A stretch of DNA of 64,000 nucleotides from an uncultured Candidatus Rokubacteria bacterium (GTDB taxonomy: Bacteria > Methylomirabilota > Methylomirabilia > Rokubacteriales > CSP1-6), in NCBI GenBank assembly GCA_963754315.1, contig CAVWFS010000019.1, positions 704,001 through 768,000 of the forward strand. Reading direction: 5' to 3'. The position numbers and the translations under genes were made by a program. The notes beneath the pieces were generated by a model. The model had not been told where the DNA came from. It saw only the letters and a list, made by a program, of their open reading frames with translations, and ran no database searches. Positions 52,567 through 61,291 of the stretch are shown here, piece after piece. How positions within the stretch are numbered: position 1 is the stretch's first letter; each line of letters starts with the position of its first letter.

Positions 52567-53412
52567 ATGGGTGAGATCGTGTTTGCCGGTGCGATGTCGC
52601 ACGTCCTGGACCCGGAGTACTACGAGAATGCGTGTGGCGCTACCGGACGCCGCAAGGTCGAGGCGTGCATGACGGAGATTCGCGCGATGGGTGCCCGCTT
52701 TCTGGGCCGACGGCCGGACGCGCTGATCGTCGTCGCCGACGATCACCTCAATGCCTTCTCCTTCAACGCCGTGCCCGCCATGTGTGTTCGGATTGGCCGC
52801 TCCGTCAACCGGATGATCCAGGAGGAGGCCGAGGCCTTCGACCGAGCGCTGGAGGGGATGCCCGACCAGTACGCGCTGCATGAAGAGCTGGCCAACCGCA
52901 TCCTGGCGGAGGGCATCGAGGCCGGGTTCGACCTTGCCCTCTCATGGGAGGCTGCCATCGATCACGCGTTTCTCAGCCCCGTGATGACCATGCACGGCGC
53001 CTCCCCGGTGACGCCGCTGGTGCCCATCTGGGTGAACTGCTTCGTCGCGCCCCAGCCGATCCCCGCTCGCTGCTTCGCCCTCGGTCAACACCTGGCCCGG
53101 ACGGTGGCCCGGTCACCCTGGAACGTCGGTATCATCGCGACCGGGGGTCTTTCCCACTTCCCCGAGCTGCTGCTGGCTCGCGTGGGTGAGACGGACACCG
53201 TGTTCGACCGCAAGCTTCTGCACTGGATGGAGCGCGGGGAGCACGCACCGCTGGCGGCGCTGACGATGAGCGAGCTGCACAAGACCGGCGGCCACGAGTT
53301 TCTCAACTGGATGGTGTTGCTGGGCGCAGTCACTCCCGCCCGCGCCGACGTGCGCTACTTCGGAGAGCTCCCGCGGATCAACTTGGCTGCTGTCGAGTGG
53401 AGAGTGCCATGA
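52567..53412 (+). CDS. Class III extradiol ring-cleavage dioxygenase, LigB-like catalytic subunit
   Basis: MSH, DDH, IDHAF, TGGLSH, HEFLNW metal and catalytic motifs. Confidence 0.85.
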   Translation: MGEIVFAGAMSHVLDPEYYENACGATGRRKVEACMTEIRAMGARFLGRRPDALIVVADDHLNAFSFNAVPAMCVRIGRSVNRMIQEEAEAFDRALEGMPDQYALHEELANRILAEGIEAGFDLALSWEAAIDHAFLSPVMTMHGASPVTPLVPIWVNCFVAPQPIPARCFALGQHLARTVARSPWNVGIIATGGLSHFPELLLARVGETDTVFDRKLLHWMERGEHAPLAALTMSELHKTGGHEFLNWMVLLGAVTPARADVRYFGELPRINLAAVEWRVP

Positions 53413-53666
53413 GCCGCTACGCGATCAACAGCCTTCTCTATCGGCTGAAGAAGGATCGGGCATTTCGCGACAGCTTCAATCGGGATCCGAGAGGAACGCT
53501 GGCCGACCTGGACCTGACCGAGGCCGAGCGATCGGCCTTCGTCGCCCGTGATATGTATCGGATCAATCAGCTGGGCGGCTATCTCCACCTCACCATGTCG
53601 ATCCCCGGCATGGCTGCCCACGTGACACACGAGGACATCGAGACACAAGGCGATCGGCCGCAGTAG
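53409..53666 (+). CDS. LigA-like small subunit of an aromatic ring-opening dioxygenase
   Basis: YAINSLLYRL..FNRDP..LTEAER..D..QLGG; ATGA overlap with the LigB-like gene. Confidence 0.75.
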   Translation: MSRYAINSLLYRLKKDRAFRDSFNRDPRGTLADLDLTEAERSAFVARDMYRINQLGGYLHLTMSIPGMAAHVTHEDIETQGDRPQ

Positions 53667-53686
53667 GAAAAGGGGGCTCGCTCCCG

Positions 53687-54574
53687 TCAAGCGCTGGCCA
53701 GAAAGCGAGCGAGCTCGTCGAAGGTCTCCTGGGGTGCCTGCTCTTGCGGGTAGTGCCCGGATGGTACCGCCCGCATCCCGACGATATTGGCGGCGTACTG
53801 CGGCCAGATCTCGCGTGGCTTGAAGTGATGCTCCACGTGACTCTTGTCACCCCAGAGCACCAGCACCGGGCAGGCCACCTTGTTACCGGCGACGTAGTCC
53901 GCGGTGTCCATCTCCAAGTCCAGGGTGGCGGCGGCCCGGTAGTCCTCACACACCGCGTGGATTTGCTCGGGCGTGCAGCACCGGATGTACTCGGCCACCG
54001 CCTCCGGCTCGAGTCCGCCCTGCCCGTGCATGTGCTTCTCCAGCTTCTTCCGCATGTAGTACTCGAGGTTGCCCGAGAGCAAGCGCTCGGGGAAGTCGTA
54101 CGGCTGCGCCATGAACATCCAGTGGTACGAGTGCAAGGCCCAGCCGCGCGGGAAGGCAGTCCACACGTGATGCGTTGGCACGATATCGATCGAAGCGAAC
54201 TTCCGCACACGATCCGGATGATCGAGCGCCATGCGAAAGGCCGTGCGGGCGCCACGATCGTGGCCAACCACGAAGAACTGCCGGTGACCCAGCGCCTCCA
54301 TCACTTCCACCTGATCCTGCCCCATCCGACGAAACGTGTAGTTGCTGTGATCAGGCCGCCCGCGCGGCTTGGAGCTGTCCCCGTAGCCGCGCAGGTCGGC
54401 GGCGACCACCGTGAAGTGCTCCGCGAGCTTCGTGGCGATCTTGTGCCACGTCACGTGGGTGAGCGGATTGCCGTGCAGAAGCAACAGCCCCGGCCCCTGG
54501 CCGCCGTGGCGCACGTTGATCTTCACCTCGGGATCACTGGTCTGAATCTGGGTGAGCGTGAAGCCCTCGAACAT
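53687..54574 (-). CDS. Haloacetate/fluoroacetate dehalogenase-like alpha/beta hydrolase
   Basis: DLRGYGDSSKP, GHDRGAR, YHWMF, CEDYRA, SGHY. Confidence 0.8.
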   Translation of the reverse strand: MFEGFTLTQIQTSDPEVKINVRHGGQGPGLLLLHGNPLTHVTWHKIATKLAEHFTVVAADLRGYGDSSKPRGRPDHSNYTFRRMGQDQVEVMEALGHRQFFVVGHDRGARTAFRMALDHPDRVRKFASIDIVPTHHVWTAFPRGWALHSYHWMFMAQPYDFPERLLSGNLEYYMRKKLEKHMHGQGGLEPEAVAEYIRCCTPEQIHAVCEDYRAAATLDLEMDTADYVAGNKVACPVLVLWGDKSHVEHHFKPREIWPQYAANIVGMRAVPSGHYPQEQAPQETFDELARFLASA

Positions 54575-54650
54575 GGCGCAGAGACTAGCACAGCTTCCCC
54601 GATCCGCCCGGGTGACCAGCCGTTCAGTTGCCTGGCCACCCGGCCCGTGC

Positions 54651-55004
54651 TCAGCCGATGCGCTGGTACAGCACGTGCCGACGGTTCTTGGTGAACGGCC
54701 GCACCTGCCCGGGCCAGCGTCCGGCGTCGACGGCCTTCGCCCACGGCTCGCTCGTCAGGACCTCGGGACTCTCCAGCTCGTAGAGCGCGTTGTAGGTGGG
54801 CTCACCTTCGATCACGATGGTCTTGCGCTCACCGCCGATGATCATGGTCAGCTCTCGCTTCTTGAACCGCGCGGCACTGATGACCCCAGGCACCTTGAGG
54901 ATGAGCGGGATGTGTTCCTGCTCGTAGACCTCGTGGAAGAGGGCATCCTGGGCAGGCTCGACGTCCATGGCGGCCGAGAACAGGTAGCGGCTCTGAATGG
55001 GCAT
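54651..55004 (-). CDS. Small EthD/DUF4286-like dimeric alpha-beta barrel protein
   Basis: F..VYEQEHIP.ILKVPGV.SA.R, YNALYELESPEVL; GAGGAG RBS. Confidence 0.65.
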   Translation of the reverse strand: MPIQSRYLFSAAMDVEPAQDALFHEVYEQEHIPLILKVPGVISAARFKKRELTMIIGGERKTIVIEGEPTYNALYELESPEVLTSEPWAKAVDAGRWPGQVRPFTKNRRHVLYQRIG

Positions 55005-55090
55005 GGCACAATTGCTCCTCGTCGTGGATTGCGCTACACGGCTGACACTATAATCCGGACGGCACCCAAAGGGCTTCCCGGAGGTACCGC

Positions 55091-55843
55091 ATGCGGTTTC
55101 GTGATCAGGTGGTGGTCGTGACTGGAGCGGCGGTCGGCATCGGGGCGACCATGGCCGGCCTGTTCGCGCGCGAAGGGGCGCGGGTGGCCGTCCTCGACAT
55201 CGACGTCGCGCGGCTGGACGAGGTCGTGCGTGGCATCGCGGCCGGCGGCGCCGAGGTGGTGGCCCAGCGCTGCGACGTGACGTCGCCGGCTGACGTCGGG
55301 CGCGCCGTCGACACCGTGGTGGGGCGTTGGGGCCGGATCGACGTTCTCGTGAACAATGCCGGAGGATTCTACAAGATCGCCTCCATCGAGGAAATCGACC
55401 ACGACGAGTGGGAAACCATCCTGCGCCTCAACCTCACCAGCGTTTTCATCTGTACGAAAGCGGTCGTGCCCATCATGAAGCGCCAGGGCCATGGGCGGAT
55501 CGTCAACATGGCGTCGATTGCCGGCCGCACCGGCAACATCCCCACCGCCGCCCACTACGCGGCGGCCAAGGCTGGCATCATCGGTTTCACGCGTCAGTTG
55601 GCGCGGGAGGTGGCCTCCCACGGTGTCCTCGTCAACGCGGTGGCGCCGGGCACTACGGCCACCCCACGTGTTCTCGCCGCGCGGTCACCGGAGGCTACGC
55701 GCGCGCTCGCCGCCGCCATGCCCATCGGTCGTCTGGGCGAGCCGGCCGACATCGCCGAGGCGGTGCTCTTCCTGGCCTCGGACGCGGCACGCTTTGTGAC
55801 AGGCGCCACCCTCGACGTCAACGGGGGCCAGGCGATGCTGTAA
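55091..55843 (+). CDS. SDR family oxidoreductase (FabG-like)
   Basis: TGAAVGIG, NNAGG, YAAAK; TATAAT at 55049 and GGAGG RBS. Confidence 0.92.
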   Translation: MRFRDQVVVVTGAAVGIGATMAGLFAREGARVAVLDIDVARLDEVVRGIAAGGAEVVAQRCDVTSPADVGRAVDTVVGRWGRIDVLVNNAGGFYKIASIEEIDHDEWETILRLNLTSVFICTKAVVPIMKRQGHGRIVNMASIAGRTGNIPTAAHYAAAKAGIIGFTRQLAREVASHGVLVNAVAPGTTATPRVLAARSPEATRALAAAMPIGRLGEPADIAEAVLFLASDAARFVTGATLDVNGGQAML

Positions 55844-55849
55844 TGCAGC

Positions 55850-56356
55850 GTGGACCGCACATCGCGGAAAGTCGCACCTAGGGTGACTGAGCTGCGTCGC
55901 GTCATCGAGCTGGCGGCCGCACCCGCCGTGGTGTGGGCGCGCCTCTGGGACATCTCCGCCCTCGCGAGCTGCATCCCTGGGTGTGACGGCGTGGAGCCTG
56001 TCGAGGAACGCAAACGATATCGCGCGACCATTCGCGATCGAGTGGGCCCCTTCCGGATCGCTATCCCCCTCGACGTCACGGTCGAGGCGCACGACGCCGA
56101 ATCATCTCTCCGTCATCGCCACCGGACGCGATGCCACGCTCGGGAGTCCCGTCAAGGTCGGACTCACGGTCACCCTGGAACCGCGGCCGGACGGGGGCAG
56201 CTGTCTCCGCGTGAACGGGCAAGCGGACATTGGGGGCAAGCTCGCCGCCCTCGGGCAGGGTGTCATCCAGCGAAAGACCAGGGATGTGCTCGACCAGTTC
56301 GCCACCAACCTCGAGGCGCTGTTCCTCGGCGGACGCTGGGCCTGGCCCCAGCATGA
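55850..56356 (+). CDS. coxG: CoxG/SRPBCC family protein (+1 frameshift near 56095; 3' end uncertain)
   Basis: VWARLWD..LASCIPGC, VGPF; then GKLAALGQGVI in the next frame. Confidence 0.7.
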   Translation: MDRTSRKVAPRVTELRRVIELAAAPAVVWARLWDISALASCIPGCDGVEPVEERKRYRATIRDRVGPFRIAIPLDVTVEAHDAESSLRHRHRTRCHARESRQGRTHGHPGTAAGRGQLSPRERASGHWGQARRPRAGCHPAKDQGCARPVRHQPRGAVPRRTLGLAPA

Positions 56357-56394
56357 CGTGCCAACGCTCAACCGAGACGAGGCCCAGTCACCCT

Positions 56395-56690
56395 CGGGCT
56401 CGGCTCTCCCCACTGTCGCTCGGGCCCGAGCACGCGGCCACGTGTGCGTGGGCAGAAGGTCAAGGAGTATCTACGACACGCCGCTATCCCCTCGCCGCCG
56501 GCGAGATCGTCGTACCGTGGTGGCGCTGGCAAGCACTCGTCCTGGCAACCCACCTTCGGCAACGGCACGGGAACCACGCGCCGGGTCATCACCCGGAAGG
56601 ACGGGACGCCCCTGCGGACCGTGGCCGAGCTGCGACGGTAGCTCGGAGAAGCACGACGTGCCCGTCCCGTTCCGTTTGCTGACGTTCGCG
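56395..56690 (+). pseudogene. Multi-frame remnant of the C-terminus of a conserved uncharacterised protein
   Basis: Protein-like fragments in different frames: LSLGPEHAATCA, KVKEYL, YPLAAGEIVV, GGAGKHSSWQPTFG, RRVITRKDG; internal stop. Confidence 0.45.
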
Positions 56691-56738
56691 CAAGCAGGGA
56701 GCGGGTAGTCGCGCGCCTCGCGACCGGGGCGCTCTTTT

Positions 56739-57695
56739 CTATTGGCTGCGCAGGGCGGGCCAGACCTCGGCGGTGAAGCGCTCGAACTGGGCGAGCTGAT
56801 CGTCGCCGACGAACCGGATGCAGAGGTCGCTGACGCCGGCCGCGGCATACCGATTGAGCGCGGCGACGACCACGTCGGCGGGACCAAGCCCCATCGTGCC
56901 GCGCGAGTGCACGCCCCCGCCGTAGTAGGTGGCCAGGAATTGCTCGGTGACGCGCTCGGCCGTTCGGGGATCGTCCTCCAGGCGGACCGTGGTGTACACG
57001 CAGAGCGCGAAGTCGGTACCGGCGCGTCCGTGACGCGCCAGCGCCTCCTCGGCGCGCTCGCGCACCAGCCGGCACTCCTCGGCATGCACATAGGTGGTGA
57101 TGATGCCGTCGCCGAGCCGGCCGAAGCGGTCGAACTGGGCGGCCAGCATCTCGCCGCGGTTGGCGGCGGTGATGAGCACGGGGGGCCCGGCCGCGTTCCA
57201 CGGCAGCGGTCCGATGGTGTGATCGGTCAGTTCCACGTCGCCGTCGCGATGAGTCACCGGCTCCCCGCGCCAGAGCATCCGCCAGAGCGCGACATGCTCC
57301 TCGAGGCGCCGCACGCGACGCTTGTGATCGGCGCCGCACGCCGCCCATTCACGCTCGGCCGAGGGTAAGCTCCACCCCACCCCGAGTCCGAGCACCACCC
57401 GTCCGCCTGAGATCTGGTCGACGTTGGCGATCTGATGAGCCAGCACGACCGGGTGGCGCAGGGCTGGCAGCAGGACCGCTGTCCCCAGCCGTACCTGCGT
57501 CGTGATCCCGGCCAGATAGGCGAGGGTCGTCAGCGGCTCCAGTCGCGGCTTGGCCACGATGCTGTCGCCGACCCAAACGGCGTCGTAGCCAGCCCGGTCG
57601 GCGAGCCGCGCCATCGTCCAGCATTCGTCGACGGGCGGCCGGCGCGCCGACTGCATGACCACGCCGCGGGTGGGAACGAGCACGCCGAGTCGCAT
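56739..57695 (-). CDS. LLM-class flavin-dependent oxidoreductase
   Basis: GYDAVWVGDS, LGTAVL, DQISGGRVVLGLGVG. Confidence 0.9.
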   Translation of the reverse strand: MRLGVLVPTRGVVMQSARRPPVDECWTMARLADRAGYDAVWVGDSIVAKPRLEPLTTLAYLAGITTQVRLGTAVLLPALRHPVVLAHQIANVDQISGGRVVLGLGVGWSLPSAEREWAACGADHKRRVRRLEEHVALWRMLWRGEPVTHRDGDVELTDHTIGPLPWNAAGPPVLITAANRGEMLAAQFDRFGRLGDGIITTYVHAEECRLVRERAEEALARHGRAGTDFALCVYTTVRLEDDPRTAERVTEQFLATYYGGGVHSRGTMGLGPADVVVAALNRYAAAGVSDLCIRFVGDDQLAQFERFTAEVWPALRSQ

Positions 57696-57739
57696 GAGGC
57701 CGCTAGTGTAACCGCCGCCGCAACCCCGAGTCTCCTAGG

Positions 57740-59262
57740 TCACGAGGCCGTGGTGGGCAGCGAGGCACCTGCCGCCCGTTGCCGGCGGAGGAGCCGTACC
57801 AGTGGGGGCGCAACGAGGACCACGGCCCCGAGTACGAGAAGGGCGGCCGTTAGTGGGCGTCCGGCCAGGGCCAGGACGTTGCCGCGCTCCAGGAAAAGGG
57901 CCTGGCGGAGGGTCTTCTCCATCATCGGCCCGAGAACGAGGGCCACGACCAGCGGCGACGGATCGATGGCGAGCTTGCGCAGCCCGTAGCCGAAGATGCC
58001 GAAGCCGACGAGGATCCACAGATCGAGCTGGCTATTGTTCAAGCTATAGGCGCCCACCAGGCAGAGCAACAGCACCAAGGTCGCCAGCACGTGTTGGGGA
58101 AGGCGTAGCACGCTCACGAACAGCCCGACCAGCGGGAGGTTGAGGATCAGCAGGATGAAGTTGCCCACGTACATGCTGGCGACGACGCCCCAGAACACCT
58201 CGGGCCGCTGGCTGATGAGCAGCGGTCCCGGCTGGATGCCGGTGATCGTCAGGGCGCCCAGGAGAATCGCGGTGGCCGGCGAGAAGGGAATACCGAGCGA
58301 CAGCAGAGGCACCATGGCGCCGGCGGTGGCGCCGTTGTTGGCGGCCTCCGGCCCGGCCACGCCCTCGATGGCGCCCTGGCCAAATCGCTCGGGCGTCCGG
58401 GAAACCCGACGTTCGATCGTGTAGGAGATGAACGTCGACAGGACCGAGGCCGGGCCGGGAACGAGGCCGGTGATGAATCCCACGACCGAGCCCCGCGCGA
58501 TCGGCATCGCCGACTGCTTCCACTCCGCACGGGTGGGCAGCAGCTCACGTAGCCGAACCGTGGCGATATGCGCCCTCTTGAGGCCGGCTTCGGCGATCAG
58601 CATCACCTCCGCCACGCCGTACAGGCCCATGATCACCGGGACGAGCTCGACACCTTGGGAGAGCTGGGTGGAGCCGAAGGTGAAGCGCCGGACGGCCGAG
58701 ATCGAATCCATGCCCGACCGTGCCCAGGGCGAGGCCAATCGCCACCAGCACGAACGCGTGCATGCACCTTGCCGCCCGACAGGCGCGAGAGCAAGAGGAG
58801 GCCCGTCAGTGCCAGCGCAAAGTACTCGGGCGGCCCAAAACGCAGAGCCTGGTCGGCGAGCCACGAGGCGGCCAGCATGATACCCACGACGCCGAGCGAA
58901 CCGGCAATGAACGACCCGGCGGCCGCCACCGCCAGCGCGGCGCCAGCCCGGCCCTTCCTGGTCATTTGGTAGCCGTCGATGGCGGTCACCACGGACCCCG
59001 CTTCGCCGGGGACGTTCACGAGGATCGACGTCGTCGAGCCGCCGTACATCGCACCGTAGTAGATGCCGGCGAGCATGATGAGCGCGGTCGCCGGCTGCAG
59101 CGCGAAGGTCGAGGGCAGGAGCAGGGCCATCGCGCCCACCGGCCCGATCCCGGGGAGGATGCCAACGATCGTTCCGACCAGCACGCCGATGAAGCAGGCG
59201 AGGAGGTTGGTGGGCAACAGCGCGACGGAGAAGCCGTAGGCAAGCCCTTCGAACGGACCCAA
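57740..59262 (-). CDS. tctA: Tripartite tricarboxylate transporter large permease (two +1 frameshifts near 58764 and 58715)
   Basis: GILPGIGP, GIYYGAMYGGS, DGYQM, GPPEYF, GPEAANN, PGPLL. Confidence 0.88.
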
Positions 59263-59276
59263 TGTTCTCTTGCCCC

Positions 59277-59722
59277 TCAGTCGAAGAGGGTGCCCCGCGG
59301 CAGCGGCACGCCGAGCAGCACTCCGAACACGTAGTACGACCCTAGCGCGCTGACAGCAGCGATGGCCGCCGCCGCACTCCATCGCGCACCGAGCCCACGT
59401 AGCAGAAGACCGGTGAAGAGCAGCGCCGCCAGGGAATATCCGATCCAGGGCAGAAGCAGGCAGAAACCGATGAGAAGGCCAGCCGTCACGCTCACTCGCG
59501 CCCGGCCTTGCCTATCCAGCGCCGGAGCCGTCGACCGTGACGGCCCTGCCGAAATGCGCTGACGACCCACACGAGGGCGACGGCGGCCCCGAATACTCCG
59601 ACGGCCATCGGATAGAAGCCCGATCCGGGGCGCGCCGCTGAGCCCGACGGCAGTAGCCACGCGTTCGCCAGGTACACCCCGCTGGCCGCGAGCACCGCGA
59701 GGGCCAGAAGCCGTCCGACCAT
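59277..59722 (-). CDS. tctB: Tripartite tricarboxylate transporter small subunit (frameshift near 59545)
   Basis: PGSGFYP in one frame; LLPWIGY and FGVLLGVPLPRG in the other. Confidence 0.8.
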
Positions 59723-59725
59723 CGC

Positions 59726-60685
59726 TTACTTCTTCTTGATCATCCCCAACCGCGTGAGGATCTCGGTGTGGTACTTGTACTCTTTCCAGAGATCGGCGCG
59801 GAGCTGGTCGCCCGCGCGGTAATCGATGTCAATCACGCGCTGCTTGATCGTGTCCACGAACAGCGGTTCTTCCATGGCGGTCTTGACGGCGTCGTGAATG
59901 TACTTCTGCACGGGGGCGGGTGTGCCCTTGGGGACCACGAACGCGAACGTCACGCCGCTGACGGGAGACCAGCCCATGTCGGCGGTGCTCGGAGCATCGG
60001 GGTAGGCCGGATGGCGTTTGGCCTGGAAGACCATGAGCACCCGCATCTTCTTGCCCTCGACGAGCGGCTTCACCTCGCCCGGCTGGGCGATCAGGCCCTC
60101 GATGTGTCCCCCGAGCAGGGCCGGGCTCGATTCACCCCAGCCCGAGAATGGCACATGCGTGAAATTGACATTTCCCTGGCGCTGCAGCTCTTCGAGGCTC
60201 AAGTGGCTGGAGGTACCGATCCCCGGCGTGCCAACACGTAGCTTGCCGGGGCTGGCCTTGCCGGCGGCGATGAAGTCCTGCACGGTTTTCCATGGCGCGT
60301 CGGCTCTCACCGCGAACAGAGAGTAGAACGAGACCACGTTAATGATGGCCTCGTAGTCGTCCGGGGTTTTGTACGGGAGGTCATTGAGCTGCGGGTGGAT
60401 GACGAGCGTCGAGAGCGGCGCCAGGATGATCGTGTAGCCATCGGGCTTGGCCTGGACAAGCTCCGCCACGGCCAGCGAGCCACCGGCCCCCGGCCGAGTC
60501 ACGATGCCGATCCCCTTGGGAAACTTCTTCTTGAGACCCTCGGCGAGCGCACGGGCCACGATGTCGACCATCCCACCGGCCGGGTAGCCGGTCAGAACAG
60601 TGACGGGACGGTCAGGGTACTGGGCGGCGGCTGACCAGGGGGTAGCCGCCACGAGCAGCAGGACGATCGCGATGATCCGCAGCAT
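59726..60685 (-). CDS. tctC: Tripartite tricarboxylate transporter substrate-binding protein (Bug family)
   Basis: YPDRPV, PAGG..D..AR, PGAGG, KPDGYT, HVPF.G. Confidence 0.9.
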   Translation of the reverse strand: MLRIIAIVLLLVAATPWSAAAQYPDRPVTVLTGYPAGGMVDIVARALAEGLKKKFPKGIGIVTRPGAGGSLAVAELVQAKPDGYTIILAPLSTLVIHPQLNDLPYKTPDDYEAIINVVSFYSLFAVRADAPWKTVQDFIAAGKASPGKLRVGTPGIGTSSHLSLEELQRQGNVNFTHVPFSGWGESSPALLGGHIEGLIAQPGEVKPLVEGKKMRVLMVFQAKRHPAYPDAPSTADMGWSPVSGVTFAFVVPKGTPAPVQKYIHDAVKTAMEEPLFVDTIKQRVIDIDYRAGDQLRADLWKEYKYHTEILTRLGMIKKK

Positions 60686-60852
60686 GCAGTCTCCTCCGTG
60701 TCGAGGTGGATCCGGCGACACCAGGGCGAGAATCAAAGGACTCTAGCACAACTCCGGGAGCGAATCCTGGAGCGGCCCGGCGGCGCCACCGGATCGACAC
60801 CGCGAGCATGGTGGTCTACGATCAACTACGCACTCACTGGGAGTACCGGCGC

Positions 60853-61266
60853 ATGCACGTCAAGGATCTCTATACGATCGTGGTGACCGAGAAGCGCGCC
60901 GAGTGTCGCGACTTCTACGTGAGGTGGTTCGGCTTTCAGGTGGTGTTCGAGGCGTCCTGGTTCGTCTATCTCGCTGCCCGCGGGGACCATCCGTTTGGCC
61001 TGGCCTTCATGGCCCCTGATCATCCGTCCCAGCCGCCCGGTCGCGATTCGTTCAACGGCAAAGGCATGCTGCTCACCCTGCAAGTCGAGGATGCCGCCGC
61101 CGAGCTCAGGCGGCTCGAGGGTGGGGGTGTCGCGATCGCATATCCGCTGCACGACGAGCCTTGGGGTCAGCGCCGTTTTGCCGTGCACGATCCAGCCGGG
61201 ACGTGGGTCGATGTCATTCAGCAGATCGATCCGGCGCCGGGGTTCTGGGACAAGTACCTGCCCTGA
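60853..61266 (+). CDS. VOC/glyoxalase family protein
   Basis: FYVRWFGF, DEPWGQRRF, DPAG. Confidence 0.85.
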   Translation: MHVKDLYTIVVTEKRAECRDFYVRWFGFQVVFEASWFVYLAARGDHPFGLAFMAPDHPSQPPGRDSFNGKGMLLTLQVEDAAAELRRLEGGGVAIAYPLHDEPWGQRRFAVHDPAGTWVDVIQQIDPAPGFWDKYLP

Positions 61267-61291
61267 ACGACGGGCCGGGTTCTCTTCTCCT

